DNA of 64,000 bases from assembly GCF_032444005.1 (NCBI RefSeq), contig NC_091283.1:146630001-146694000 (forward strand). Reading direction: 5' to 3'. Numbering within the stretch: position 1 is the first letter of the stretch; each line of letters begins with the position of its first letter. The notes beneath the pieces are model-generated. The model was not told the origin of the DNA, made no database searches, and was given only the letters and a program-made list of their open reading frames with translations. Both the position numbers and the translations under genes were made by a program. Source of the DNA: Ranitomeya imitator (Eukaryota). Positions 8,286-20,753 of the stretch are shown piece by piece.

Positions 8286-11200
8286 TGTCCGCCAGCTCTG
8301 TCGTCCGCCCACCGGCTGTCCGCTAGCTCTGTCGTCTGTCCACTAGCTCTGTCGTCCGCCCACCGGCTGTCCGCTAGCTCTGTCGTCCGCCTGCCAGCTG
8401 TCCGCCAGCTCTGTCACTGCCCACCGGCTGTCCGCCAGCTCTGTCGCCCACCGGCTGTCCGCCAGCTCTGTCTGTCCGCTAGCTCTGTCGTCCGCCCACC
8501 GGCTGTCCGCTAGCTCTGTCGTCCGCCCACCGGCTGTCCGCTAGCTCTGTCGTCCGCCTGCCAGCTGTCCGCCAGCTCTGTCGCTGCCCACCGGCTGTCC
8601 GCCAGCTCTGTCGCTGCCCACCGGCTGTCCGCCAGCTCTGTCTGTCCGCTAGCTCTGTCGTCCGCCCACCGGCTGTCCGCTAGCTCTGTCGTCCGCCCAC
8701 CGGCTGTCCGCTAGCTCTGTCGTCCGCCCGCCGGCTGTCCGCTAGCTCTATCGTCCGCCTGCCAGCTGTCCGCCAGCTCTGTCGCTGCCCACCGGCTGTT
8801 CGCCAGCTCTGTCGCCCACCGGCTGTCCGCCAGCTCTGTCATCTGTCCACTAGCTCTGTCGTCCTCCTGCCGGCTGTCCGCTAGCTCTGTCGTCTGCCCA
8901 CCGGCTGTCCGCTAGCTCTGTCGTCTGTCCACTAGCTCTGTCGTCCGCCTGCCGGCTGTTCGCTAGCTCTGTCGTCTGTCCACTAACTCTGTCGTCCGCT
9001 CGCCGGCTGTCCGCTAGCTCTGTCGTCTGTCCACTAGCTCTGTCGTCCGCCTGCCGGCTGTCCGCTAGCTCTGTCGTCTGCCCACCGGCTGTCCGCTAGC
9101 TCTGTCGTCTGTCCACTAGCTCTGTCGTCCGCCTGCCGGCTGTTCGCTAGCTCTGTCGTCTGTCCACTAGCTCTGTCGTCCGCCTGCCGGCTGTCCGCTA
9201 GCTCCGTCGTCCGCCTGCTGGCTGTCCGCTAGCTCTGTCGTCCACCTGCCAGCTGTCCGCTAGCTCTGTCGTCCGGCTGTCCGCTAGCTCTGTCATCCGC
9301 ACACTGGCTCCCCGCTAGCTCTGTCGCCCATCCACCAGCTCCCCGGCTGTCCACTAGCTCTGTTGTCCGCCTGCCGGCTGTCTGTTAGCTCTGTTGCCTG
9401 CGCGTGGGCTCCCCAGCTGTCCGCTAGCTCTGTCGTCCGGCTGTCTGCTAGCTCTGTTATCCGCCTGCCGACTGTCCGCTAGCTCTGTCATCCGCACACT
9501 GGCTCCCCACTAGCTCTGTCGTCCGTCCACCAGCTCCCCGGCTGTCCACTAGCTCTGTCATCCGCCTGCCAGCTGTCTGCTAGCTCTGTTGCCTGCGCGC
9601 GGGCTCCCCGGCTGTCCACTAGCTGTCGGCAGTGCGCCAGCTGTCCGCTAACTGTTGCCTGTCCGCTACTCTGTCGCCCATCTGCTCGCCCGCCGGCTGT
9701 CTGCTAGCTCTGTCGCCCAGCTTGCCAGCTGTCCGCTAGCTCTGTCGTCTGCCCACCGGCTGTCCGCTAACTCTGTCGTCTGCCCACCGGCTGTCCGCTA
9801 ACTCTGTCGTCCGCACACCGGCTGTCCGCGAACTCTGTCGTCCACCCGCCGGCTCCCCGCTAGCTCTGTCGCCCATCCACCAGCTCCCCGGCTGTCCACT
9901 AGCTCTGTCGTTCGCCTGCCGGCTGTCTGTTAGCTCTGTTGCCTGCGCGCGGGCTCCCCGGCTGTCCGCTAGCTCTGTCGTCCGCCTGCCGGCTGTCTGC
10001 TAGCTCTGTCGTCTGCCTGCCGGCTGTCCGCTAGCTCTGTCATCCACACACTGGCTCCCCGCTAGCTCTGTCGCCCGTCCGCCAGCTCCCCGGCTGTCCA
10101 CTAGCTCTGTCGTCCGCCTGCCGGCTGTCTGCTGGCTCTGTTGCCTGCGCGCGGGCTCCCCGGCTGTCCGCTAGCTGTCGGCAGCACGCTAACTGTTGCC
10201 TGTCCCCTACTCTGTCGCCCATCTGCTCGCCCGCCGGCTGTCCGCTAACTCTGTTGTTCGCCCACCAGCTGTCCGCTAACTCTGTCGTCCGCACATGGGC
10301 TGTCCGCTAGCTCTGTCATCTGCCTGCCAGCTGTCCGCTAGCTCTGTTGTCTGCCCGCCGGCTGTCCGCTAGCTCTGTTGTCTGCCCGCCGGCTGTCCGC
10401 TAGCTCTGTCGTCCGCCCACCGGCTGTCCGCTAGCTCTGTCGTCTGCCCGCCAGCTGTCCGCTAGCTATGTCGTCCGCACACCGGCTCCCCGGCTGTCCG
10501 CTAGCTCTGTCGTCCGCCGGCTGTCTGCTAGCTCTGTCGCCCATCCGCCAGCTTGCCAGCTGTCTGCTAGCTCTGTGATCTGCCTGCCAGCTGTCCGTTA
10601 GCTCTGTCGTCCGCTCACCGGCTGTCCGCTAGCTCTGTCGTCTGCACACCGGCTCCCCGGCTGTATGCTAGCGCTGTCGTCCGCACACTAGCTCCCCGCT
10701 AGCTCTGTCATCCGCACACCGGCTCCCCGGTCCGCTACCTCTGTCGCCCGCGAGTTCCCTGGCTGTCCGCTAGTTCTGTCGCCCGCCCACTGTTTGTCCG
10801 CTAGTTCTGTCGTCCACACACCGACACCCCGGCTGTCGGCTAGCTCTGTCGCCCGTGATTTCCCCAGCTGTCCACCAGCTCTGTCGCCCACTCGCCGGCT
10901 CCCTGCTAGTTGTCGCCCGCATGAGAGTTCCCTGGCTGTCCGCTAGCTCTGTCGCCTGCGAGTTCCCCGGCTGTCCGCTAGCTCTGTCGCCCACCCACTG
11001 GCTGTCGGCTAGCTCTGTCGCCTGCGAGTTCCCCGGCTGTCGGCTAGCTCTGTCGCCCGTGAGTTCCCAGGCTGTCCGCTAGCTCTGTCGCCCGTGAGTT
11101 CCCAGGCTGTCCGCTAGCTCTGTCGCCTGTGAGTTCCCCAGCTGTTCACCAGCTCTGTAGCCGGCTCCCTGCTAGTTGTCGCCCGCGTGCGAGTTCCCCA

Positions 11201-11460
11201 GCTGTCCCCTAGCTCTGTCGCCCGAGAGTTCCCCAGCTGTCCGCTAGCTCTGTCGCCCAAGAGTTCCCCGGCTGTCCGCTAGCTCTGTTGCCCGAGAATT
11301 CCCCGGCTGTCCGCTAGCTCTGTTGCCCGAGAATTCCCCGGCTGTCCGCTAGCTCTGTTGCCTGAGAATTCCCCGGCTGTCCGCTAGCTCTGTTGCCTGA
11401 GAATTCCCCGGCTGTCCGCTAGCTCTGTCGCCCGCTCACTTCCCGCTGTCCGCCAGCTGA
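8286..11460. repeat. About 3.2-kb GC-rich minisatellite, variable ~31-bp unit, MED22 intron
   Basis: Consensus GGCTGTCCGCTAGCTCTGTCGTCCGCCCACC; variant units drift along the array (GAGTTCCCC and GAATTCCCC types at the 3' end). Confidence 0.95.
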
Positions 11461-11497
11461 CTGACTGCTCACTTTTATTTCCTTTTGTTTTGGTCAG

Positions 11498-11578
11498 ATT
11501 GAAGAAGAACATCAGGTCAGCCGCTCGACCCAAGGGGAACAGGACAACTACGAGATGCATGTCCGCTCAGCTAACATA
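11498..11578 (+). CDS. MED22: MED22 coding exon 2
   Basis: ggtcag|ATT GAA GAA...AAC ATA|gtgagt; IEEEHQVSRSTQGEQDNYEMHVRSANI; 81 nt. Confidence 0.97.
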
Positions 11579-12577
11579 GTGAGTAGAGTGTGGTCACTAT
11601 CTTCTCCTCTACATGTATCGTAGGTCGGCGGTTTATCGCCTGCAGACTTTTGCTGAAGGTCTCTCTTCAGTATAATAAGTGGTGATATCACCCCAGAGAG
11701 GGTATATAGCGTACACTGTGTAGTGGAGGTTTCAGCTGTAAATGCACCTCGAATGAGCTCTAGAGGGGCCCGGCTGCTGGACATTATGGAACCCACCCAC
11801 CATAATCCCAGAAGTAGGACCGTTGTGACGTTTGCACATGAAGGCCTCTACATGACCTCACACCACCATTGTCAAACTCCATTATGGTTCAGAGCAATGC
11901 AGGCCTGTCATCTCCAGTGATAAGTCCAGACTTTTGTCTTGGACTCAGTGACTGCTGGACATTGGTCTGGGACCACATGAACAATGTAATGAAAAGGTCT
12001 TCACGAGGGAACATCACAGCGGTCCTGCTCGCAGGATTATGGTGTGCAGAGGGCATAACGTACTGTAGTCGCACACCCCTCTAGTCTTCATTCCAGGTGC
12101 ACTAACATCTCGGCTTTACATTGATTTGTCATGAAACCAGTGGTGCGGCCAATTCTCCAAAGTGTCCCAGGAGCTGTTTTTCCACATGACAAAGCCGCCT
12201 GTTCCTCATACTGCTGTGATCAGCCTGCCTGGCCTAAACCTGTTCCCATGGCTTCAGCGTCTCCGGACTTGTCTCCTTCAAGCACATTGGTGATGTCATT
12301 GGTCAGTGATCACACAGGAGCTGCCAGGAGCGGATCCTGATGATTTACCCAAGTGCAGTCAGCGGCTGGGAGTGTCGGGATCTCTGCACGGGGCTCAGAC
12401 TCCAGACTGGATACAGCCAGAGATTGTGATAATGTTATGTCTATTCTTCCATCATTTGCAGATTAGTAACGTCTCCATCCATGGATTTCCATAGCTCCAT
12501 GACTTGAGTGTAAGAGCTGACTTGGTGCTATCTCACTGGTGATGGTTTGTAACTTATACTCCTGGTCTGTGCTCCAG

Positions 12578-12796
12578 GTCCGTGCTGGGGAGTCTCTGAT
12601 GCGGCTGGTGTCTGATCTGAAGCAGTATCTGATCCTGAACGACTTTCCCTCTGTGAACGAGGCCATTAATCAGCGCAGTCAGCAGCTGCGCGGTCTGCAG
12701 GACGAGTGTGACCGGAAGCTGATCTCGCTGCGGGATGAGATTGCCATTGACCTGTATGAACTTGAAGAGGAATATTACTCCTCCAGGTATAAATAA
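12578..12796 (+). CDS. MED22: MED22 coding exon 3 (internal donor at 12786; read-through stop at 12794-12796)
   Basis: ctccag|GTC CGT GCT...; [28 protein letters not shown]...[11 protein letters not shown](RYK*). Confidence 0.97.
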   Translation, partial: VRAGESLMRLVSDLKQYLILNDFPSVNEAINQRSQQLRGLQDECDRKLISLRDEIAIDLYELEEEYYSSRYK

Positions 12797-13077
12797 GTTC
12801 CAGACAGATGAAGTGCCCAAGTCTGGGAGCGGGATTGTACCCAAGTCCTGCCAGTTAGGGGGTTAATACCTGTGCCATGGTGGGCTGGTGGCAGTCGTGT
12901 ATCATGGGCTCTGTGATCGTCTGTCTTTAGTATCCTGTGCTCTGATTTTTCAATTTTGTCATGAGTGGGATCCTGCAGTGTGTTGGTGTGTAGTCTAGTG
13001 TTCTCTGTTATCAGGAGACATCACACACCATGTGGCGGTGCAATTGGTGTCCTATGAGGGTAATAACCTGTCAGAAC

Positions 13078-13083
13078 AATAAA
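13078..13083 (+). terminator. MED22: Candidate polyA signal for the short MED22 isoform
   Basis: AATAAA followed by GT-rich sequence, between the RYK* stop and the last exon. Confidence 0.55.
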
Positions 13084-13440
13084 GTGACTTGTGCATCAAC
13101 CCTTCACATTTGTGCCATGGCTGAGTGTTGTGGGGTCCATCCGGTGATATGAATGAGTAGTTCATGTGGTGGGGGGTGCAGGCCCACTGTGTGACACCGT
13201 CTCTCCTCGTGGTCGCTGGTATGATGGACCATCCTGCTCACTGTTGTCTTCTGTCACTTCTGCTCTGATGCCTTGTGTAGTTTCGGGGGTGGTGGCCTGG
13301 TGTGGGGTCTTTAGGGCCATACATGTAGTCTGTACCTAAGTTGCGGTGATTCGCTGCTTTCCAGTTCTTAACGCTTTGCTTCTGTCTTGCTTTTCTCTCT
13401 TGCTCTCTGGACTCTGCTGCTTTACCTGTTGTGTTGTAAG

Positions 13441-13615
13441 CTACAGTGTGTGTGAGCCGAGCGGTCTGCCGCTGTGTGAAGCGTACTGGCTCACAGACTC
13501 CTCGCCTCAGGACCCGTGCACCCCGGTGATGTCCGAGAACAGCGCCCTCCCCAGTCAGGTTCATGCATCTCCACATGTGAACGGACACGGAGTGAGCATG
13601 TCCGAGCACAGCTGA
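13441..13615 (+). CDS. MED22: MED22 terminal exon of the long isoform
   Basis: AG|C TAC AGT GTG TGT GAG; (S)YSVCEPSGLPLCEAYW...SEHS*. LPLCEAY is conserved in vertebrate long MED22. The acceptor could alternatively be the in-frame CAG at 13444-13446. Confidence 0.88.
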
Positions 13616-13908
13616 GAGGGTGGAGCGCAGATCATTCCTGGTCCTCTCATCCTGGAGACCGCGGAGGGGGTGAGCGCGCTCTGCTCGTCCACATCTTCCA
13701 TCATCTGATCTTATCCGCTCATGTATAGGACTAGTCAGTCTGGTGGCCTAATGCTGTCCGCGTCTCATCACATGGAGTGCGTGTACCACACAGGAGCCTG
13801 AATCCGTGCCTGGCCCCATCCCCGGAGCGCTCTGTCACCTCGCCATTTGCGGTGTACTTGTAGTCGTGTTTCCTCAACTGAACGTTTCATTTGTTCCTTT
13901 GAAACTGA

Positions 13909-13966
13909 AATAAAAGTGATTTTTATTTTTTTTTTGTTAATTTCTGTTTCCAATCAAAGAAATAAA
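13909..13966 (+). terminator. MED22: PolyA signals for the long MED22 isoform
   Basis: AATAAA at 13909-13914 and 13961-13966, with a T-rich tract after the first. Confidence 0.65.
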
Positions 13967-16706
13967 GTTTACCAGTGTTGAATCTGTAGAACCGTCCAGG
14001 TAGAAGATGGATTCATGTCCGCTATACAGGCTGTATCTGTAACAGGAGCCACGGGCTGCAGAGATTTGGCTCGTGGCCCAGTCTTCTGCCAACCACATGC
14101 TTCACAGCTGGAATCATAATGCTCCCTCTGCAGATGATCATGTGCGTGGTATTGGGGGCAGAAACACACGGGTGATCCTTATTATTGAAGAGGCGGATCT
14201 CATTAGCTCTGTGATGTCAGAGTGGGCCATGCATAACTGGGGGGACCAGATCTGTTAACAATGGATGTGTCCGGGTGGGTCATTCCATATCAAGTGATCC
14301 AAATATGAATATTTTTTTTACCTAACATCTTTAGATTAATATTTTCTTTTTATGAAGTACAACTTTAGTTAATTATAAATTAAGTTTTGAATTTTTTTTT
14401 CTTTATCAGTTAATTTTTTACAGACTTCTAAAGTTTTGAAAAAGTGCGAATTTTGGCCTGGTATGGCTTTACATTTTTTATCATATCTCGGGCTAGAATT
14501 AAGATAAAGAGGTGGGAGAGGCATCATTTTTCTCAGAACGGTGCCAGCTTTCATTTGGTATGTCACAAGACTATGTTTCTTTATATTTTGGTTTGGAGAG
14601 ATCAAATTAAAAAATTTAGATGTGCGATTGTGAAAAAAAAGTATGTTTTAAAATTGTGAAAAAATGCATGTGCGTTACTTGTGTTCTTGATTATATTTGT
14701 AAAGTGATTCAACTTGGGACCTGTCAGATTGTAGGGTTTTTTTTTTTTTAAGCCTTGAATCATCTGATTTTATGTTTGTGCGAGTTTCTTCCTTTTTTCT
14801 TTTCAAATTACAACTTATTGATTTCAACATTTATATGCAACAATAAAGAAACACAAAAAACAAATACCGAAGTGCCAGAATAAATAAATCTTAATCATCA
14901 TAACACAATGTGCTCAGCATTTTCAACCTGAATGCAAAAAGAAAAAAGGTGATCATATCCTCAAGTGTGATTTTCTAAATACAGTCTCATCCTAATTATA
15001 TTTTAAAAACCAGATGAAAAGAACCAATATTTTACCACCTATTTATACATGTAACAATTGTTTTTCTATTATATCACTAAACATGTCATTTATGAAGTGT
15101 TTAAGAAGAATAGTGCAGTAGTTAAATCCTCGTTCTATAAAATATGAACTAATCAAACAATAGTAGGTTTTTACACTGGTCTGTTATCATCAATGTGCCC
15201 CTTCTAGTGGGTGAAATGTCATCTTGTCCATAAGGGCTCACTAGCAATGGCCGTTTCCTTCTGTGTCAGAGTATGTCCGGCCTGTCATGGTGCTCGGCTC
15301 CACCTGAGTTATATCTGATTTTTGTTAACTTTTACAATGTCTGGTTTTCTTGGATACACAAAGGACGACACTGGACCAGAAAGTGCAGAAAAGTCACTTC
15401 TACGTCTTCATTTTCACAATCTTTGGAGAGTCCAGTAGCCGCCAGCGCCGATCATATTCACAGATCACATAGACAGTTGTGTCATCCATTGCCGATCTTG
15501 TGCCGCCTTTTTTCCACCTCATGGACGTCACTGTCTTTGTTTTCCCTACATGGAATGACAGTCCGGTATTGCCGAGTCCCTGTGATGGGTTCTGCTTCCT
15601 GTAACTGAGGTTTTCACAAACTCTCCTCCTCTTCGTAGTCCTGGTTTGTACAATACATGGACTGGATGTTAAAAATATTTTTCTCCCTCCATTTGAGGAG
15701 TTGCCTGGGTGTTAAGATTTGGTGTGAATACGGCCTCTGGAGGCCCGAGCTGCCGGCCCGTAATCTGCTCTGCATTTTTACTGTCTACCTCTGGTCATTC
15801 TCAGCCCTAACAAAGCTTCTCCTCTGCCCTCTCCTGCGTCTAAGCTGTAACATAATAAAATAATACAGTAATATCTAAAAATCATGGATTATTTGGTAAA
15901 TATAGACCCCACACTTTTAGACCACAGGCTGAACAGATCTGAATTCAAGATGTTCGAATTGACGCTGTAATAGTTTTATTTTTTAAAATATGATCTCATC
16001 ACGATCCCATCTTGTATTTTGGTACAGATGTGGCTAGGAGCAGAGCAGGCACATGTGCAGTTTTTTAAATGAAACTTTTTTTTTCGGAAATGAGGTTTAA
16101 AATTTTGCGCTTGCATTCGCATGAGTAAAATATTAACAAAGATACTCTTGTGACATATCTGGTGAAAGCCTGTACAGTTTTGAGTAGAATGGTGTTTAAT
16201 TTGTTTATCTTTTTTTTCTAGCCTGAGTTATGAGGAGAAATGTAAAGGCAGGCAACACCGAAATTCGCACTTTTTTTTTTACTTTGAATAACATAAATAA
16301 CAAAATCTCGAAAGAATTAAAAATGTAGAGGTAAAAATCATTGGTTCACTTGACATGGAATGACCCGGGTGCATAGACTGGGGAGGGTGGCAGCAATGTC
16401 TTCTTCCCGATCTGTGTCCACTTCTGCAGAGCAGGGAGAATGTGCTCTGGGGTCTGCATGTGCTGAGCTGCTACTTAGTGCCTGAAACAAAGTGAACACA
16501 GCCAGGTATAGGGGGTACTTCACCACCAACGACTTTAATACGTGCACGCGATGATGACCCTGGGGTTACATAAACGTGCAATACATTGTATAAGGTGATA
16601 TGTGTATACACACTGGCAGTACACTATATACAGTTATATGTGTTGGCTATATACACTATACAATTTCAAGGTAGAAAAAAAACACCATTTTTTTTTCTTT
16701 GTTTAA

Positions 16707-16939
16707 AGGGAACCTGTCACCTGAATTTGGCGGGACCGGTTTTCGGTCATATGGGCGGAGTTTTCGGGTGTTTGATTCACCTTGCGCAGGCGTGTACTAC
16801 GGAGGACATAGAATGAACTTCAATCCAATATTGCGGCCAGCATGCAGCCAGCGGGTAAGGAAAGGGTGAATCAAACACCCGAAAACTCCACCCATATGAC
16901 CGAAAACCAGTCCCGCCAAATTCAGGTGACAGGTTCCCT
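16707..16939. mobile_element. TTAA-targeting MITE (T2/Kolobok-like)
   Basis: TIR AGGGAACCTGTCACCTGAATTTGGCGGGAC; TTAA on both sides (16703-16706, 16940-16943). Confidence 0.8.
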
Positions 16940-17369
16940 TTAAGGGCTCACTCACACTGGCGTATAAATCAGACACGTGCAATGTGACAAAACAATGTTA
17001 GTAAATGAGTCAGTGCTCATCTGCGAGATTTTAATCAGCTCGAATCGGACTGAGGAAAAAATCGCAGCATGCTGTGATTGGTTGCAAGAATCGGTTTCAC
17101 TCGCCAATGCAGGTCAAGGGGTGCAAGAAAAAAATGCACAGCACAGCAGCTAAGGAAAAGCAAACCGCTTAGAGTTTATATTATCATGCTGGGAAGGCCC
17201 AGATAACCATGGACCTCCCCAGACATATTAACATCAGCTCATAACTGTCTGCTTTGCCTTTCCTTGTTATACAAAAAATATATATGGGGCAGGGGAAGGG
17301 ACCCTAAAAAAATGTCCCATCCATTTTTGATAACCAGCAAAGGCAAAGCAGGCAGCTGTATTACAGCAT

Positions 17370-18517
17370 CAGTCAACTCCCTGACAGTCTGTGGTGCAAC
17401 ATGGCGATGGATGGAACGAGACATGTGCTTGATTGGATTCAGGTCTTGGAGAACAAGCAGGCCAGTCCATAACATCAATGCCTTCATGATGCAGGAACTG
17501 CTGACACACTTCAGCCACGAGGCATAGCATTGTCATGAATCAGACGGAACTCAGGGCCCAGTGTACCTGCATGTTGTCTCACAATGGGTCTGAGGATCTC
17601 ATCCCGGTACCTAATGGCAGCCAGGCTACCTCTTGCAAGCACATGGAGGGCTCTGCGGCCCTCTAAAGAAATGCCTCCCCACATAATTACTGACCCACTG
17701 CCAAACCGGTCATGAAGGAAGATGTTGCAGGCAGCAGAATGTTTTCCACAGCGTCTCCAGACTGTCACATGTGCTCAGTGTGAACCTGCTCTAATCTGTG
17801 AAGAGCATAGGGCACCAATGTCAAATCTGCCAGTCTTGTTCTCTGCAAATGCCAATTGCCCTGGGCGGTGTTGGGCTGTAAACCCAACACCCACTTGTGC
17901 ATGTCAGGCCCTCATAGTATGTTTCTGACAGTTTGAGCAGACGCATGGATGTTGGCCTGCTGGAGGTCAGTTTGCATGGTTCTGGTACTGCTCCTCCTTG
18001 CACAAAGGAGGAGGTAGCAGTCCTGCGGCTGGGTTGTTGCTCTCCTCCGGCCACCTCCACATCTCTTGGTATACTGGCTTGTCTCCTGATATCTGCTCCA
18101 TGCTCTGGACACTGTGCTTACAGACACAGCTACGCTTCTTGCCACAGTTCGCATTGATGGGTTATCCTGGATGAGCTGCACGACCTGAGCAACTTCTGTG
18201 GTTTGTAGTCACCGCCTCATGCTACTGGACAGAACCTTTAGGGGTGAGAGCAATGACATAATGCAAAAGTGACCAAAACAGCCAAAAAGGATGAGAACAG
18301 AGAAAGAGTCTAGTCACAACGTGCAGAACCACTCCTTTATAGGGATTATCTTGCTAATGGTCTATCATTTCTACCTGTTGTCTGTTCCATTTGCACAACA
18401 GCAGGAGAAATTCATTCATAATTCGTGTTGCTCCAGAACTGGACAGGTTGATTTCACAGAAGTGTGATTGACTTGGAGTTACATTGTGTTGCTTGGTACC
18501 TTATTTTTTGAGCAGTG
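17370..18517 (-). mobile_element. Decayed Tc1/mariner element
   Basis: Broken transposase (HDRFGSGSVIMWGGISLEGR; HDNA), terminus ...TTTTTTGAGCAGTG|TA; same TIR family as 63549. Left boundary approximate. Confidence 0.75.
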
Positions 18518-19743
18518 TATAATATTCATACATCAGAGACACAGAACGCCTGATCGCTCTGCACAGTATATGTACAGTGGGGAAAATAAGTATTTAATAC
18601 GCTGTCAAATTTTGCAAGTTTTCCCACCTACAGAGAATGGAGAGGTCTGTAATTTTTAGGTACACTTCATATGTGAGATAAATAATCTAAAAATAAAATC
18701 CAGAAAATCACATTGTATGAATTTTACATAATTAATTTGCATTTTATTGCATGAAACAAGCATTTGATACAAAAGAAAAACAACTTAATATTTGGTACAG
18801 AAACCTTTGTTTGCAAGTACAGAGGTCAGACGTTTCTTGTAGGTCTTGAACAAGTGCCCACTCCTCCATACAGATCTCCTCTAGACCTTTCAGGTTGCGG
18901 GGCTGTCACTGGGAAACATTGAGTTTCAGCCTGGAAGGCCAAGGCCACTTCAGGACCTTGAAATGTGTCTTACGGTGCCATCCTTAATTTCTCTGTGTGT
19001 TTCGAGTCATTGTTATGCTGGAATACCCAGCCACGACCCATCTTCAATGCTCTTACTGAAGGAAGGAGGTTGTTGGCCAAAATCTTGGGATACATTACCC
19101 CATCCATCCTCTCTTCAATACGGCGCAGTCGTTCTGTCCCCTTTGCAGAAAAGCACCCTAAAGTATGACATTTGTAGTGTGTTACTAATGGTAATTTTTG
19201 AGACCGTGGTCCCAGCTCTCTTCAGGTCACTGACTAGGTCCTCCCGTGTAGTTCTGGGCTGATTCCTGACCTTTCTCAGAAAAACCCTTACCCCACAAGG
19301 TGAGATCCTGCATGGAGCCCCAGACCAAGGAAGACTGACAGTCATCTTGTGTTCCTTTCATTTTCTAATAAACATTTGCCAGTTGTTGCCTTCTCACCAA
19401 GCTGCTTGCCTATTGTCCTGTAGCCCATCCAGGGCTGTGGAGTTGGAGTTAGTTTTGGTTGGAGTCGGAGTCGGTAGAAATGTACCGACTCCAGCTTTAA
19501 AAAATGTATTAATATTTCATAATTGAACTTTCATATGAATTTTATAAATGTTACTCAAATATATATGTTCTATTAGACTATGAACAACAGTGATAAGCAG
19601 TTCTGCTGGAGATAGACATTTCTTACTTCTTGTGTGTCACTGTTCTCCACTGCCCTTATCTAATCTTATACTTGGTTAACCTCATGCTGCCCCAACCCCC
19701 CTACTTACAATGTATGAAAGTGAAAATGTGTTGCAAATTCTTA

Positions 19744-20496
19744 GGGTACCGTCACACTATACCATTTCGATCGCTACGACGGTACGATTCGTGACGTTCC
19801 AGCGATATCGTTACGATATCGCTGTGTCTGACACGCAGCAGCGATCAGGGATCCTGCTGAGAATCAGACGTCGTAGCAGATCGTTTAGAACTTTCTTTCA
19901 TCGCTGGATCTCCCGCTGTCATCGCTAGATCGGTGTGTGTGACACCGATCTAGCGATGCGATCCAGCGATGCGTTCGCTTGTAACCAGGGTAAACATCGG
20001 GTAACTAAGCGCAGGACCGCGCTTAGTAACCCGATGTTTACCCTGGTTACAAGCGTAAAACTAAAAAAAAACAAACAGCACATACTTACATTCTGGTGTC
20101 TGTCAGGTCCCTTGCCGTCTGCTTCCCGCACTGTGACTGCCGGCCGTAAAGTGAAAGCAGAGCAGAGCGGCTGTGCTTTCACTTTACGGCCGGCAGTCAG
20201 TGAGTGCGGGAAGCAGACGGCAAGAGACCTGACGGACACCAGAATGTAAGTATGTGCTGTTTGTTTTTTCTTAGTTTTACGCTTGTAACCAGGGTAAACA
20301 TCGGGTTACTAAGCGCGGTCCTGCGCTTAGTTACCCGATGTTTACCCTGGTTACCCAGGGACCTCGGCATCGTTGGTCGCTGGAGAGCTGTCTGTGTGAC
20401 AGCTCCCCAGCGACCACACTACGATTTACCTACGATCACGGCCAGGTCATATCGCTGGTCGTGATCGTAGGTAAATCGTATAGTGTGACGGTACCC
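19744..20496. mobile_element. Palindromic Harbinger-type MITE inside the hAT
   Basis: TIR GGGTACCGTCACACTATA; TTA TSD on both sides; internal arms mirror each other around about 20165. Confidence 0.85.
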
Positions 20497-20753
20497 TTAG
20501 TAGTAAAGCTCCTCCTCTAGACTAGATGTTTGGTGTGCGTCTTCCAAGCATCTCACAGCTGCTACTCAGAAGAGGAAGACTGTAAGAAGTATTATCCTTT
20601 CAACAAACTTTGCATCAGTTAACTGAGTACATGAGGAATAACAGTATTACTGACCACTATATCAGTTGCACGACCTGGCAATAATTTTGTACAATTGTTT
20701 TTAGGAAAAACAATTGTCATTTGGATTGTGAATGCAGAATTAAAAACCTGAGA

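Larger units (their letters stand above)
8098..13615 (+). other. MED22: MED22 (SURF5) gene span; long CDS join(8098..8220,11498..11578,12578..12786,13441..13615), 195 aa; short CDS ends at 12796, 140 aa
   Basis: Exons join in frame with GT-AG introns; translation matches Mediator subunit 22. Confidence 0.96.

Noticed and set aside
14000-16700. Short ORFs and AT-rich sequence downstream of MED22
   Set aside because: No recognisable domain, exon chain or terminal repeats that I could support.
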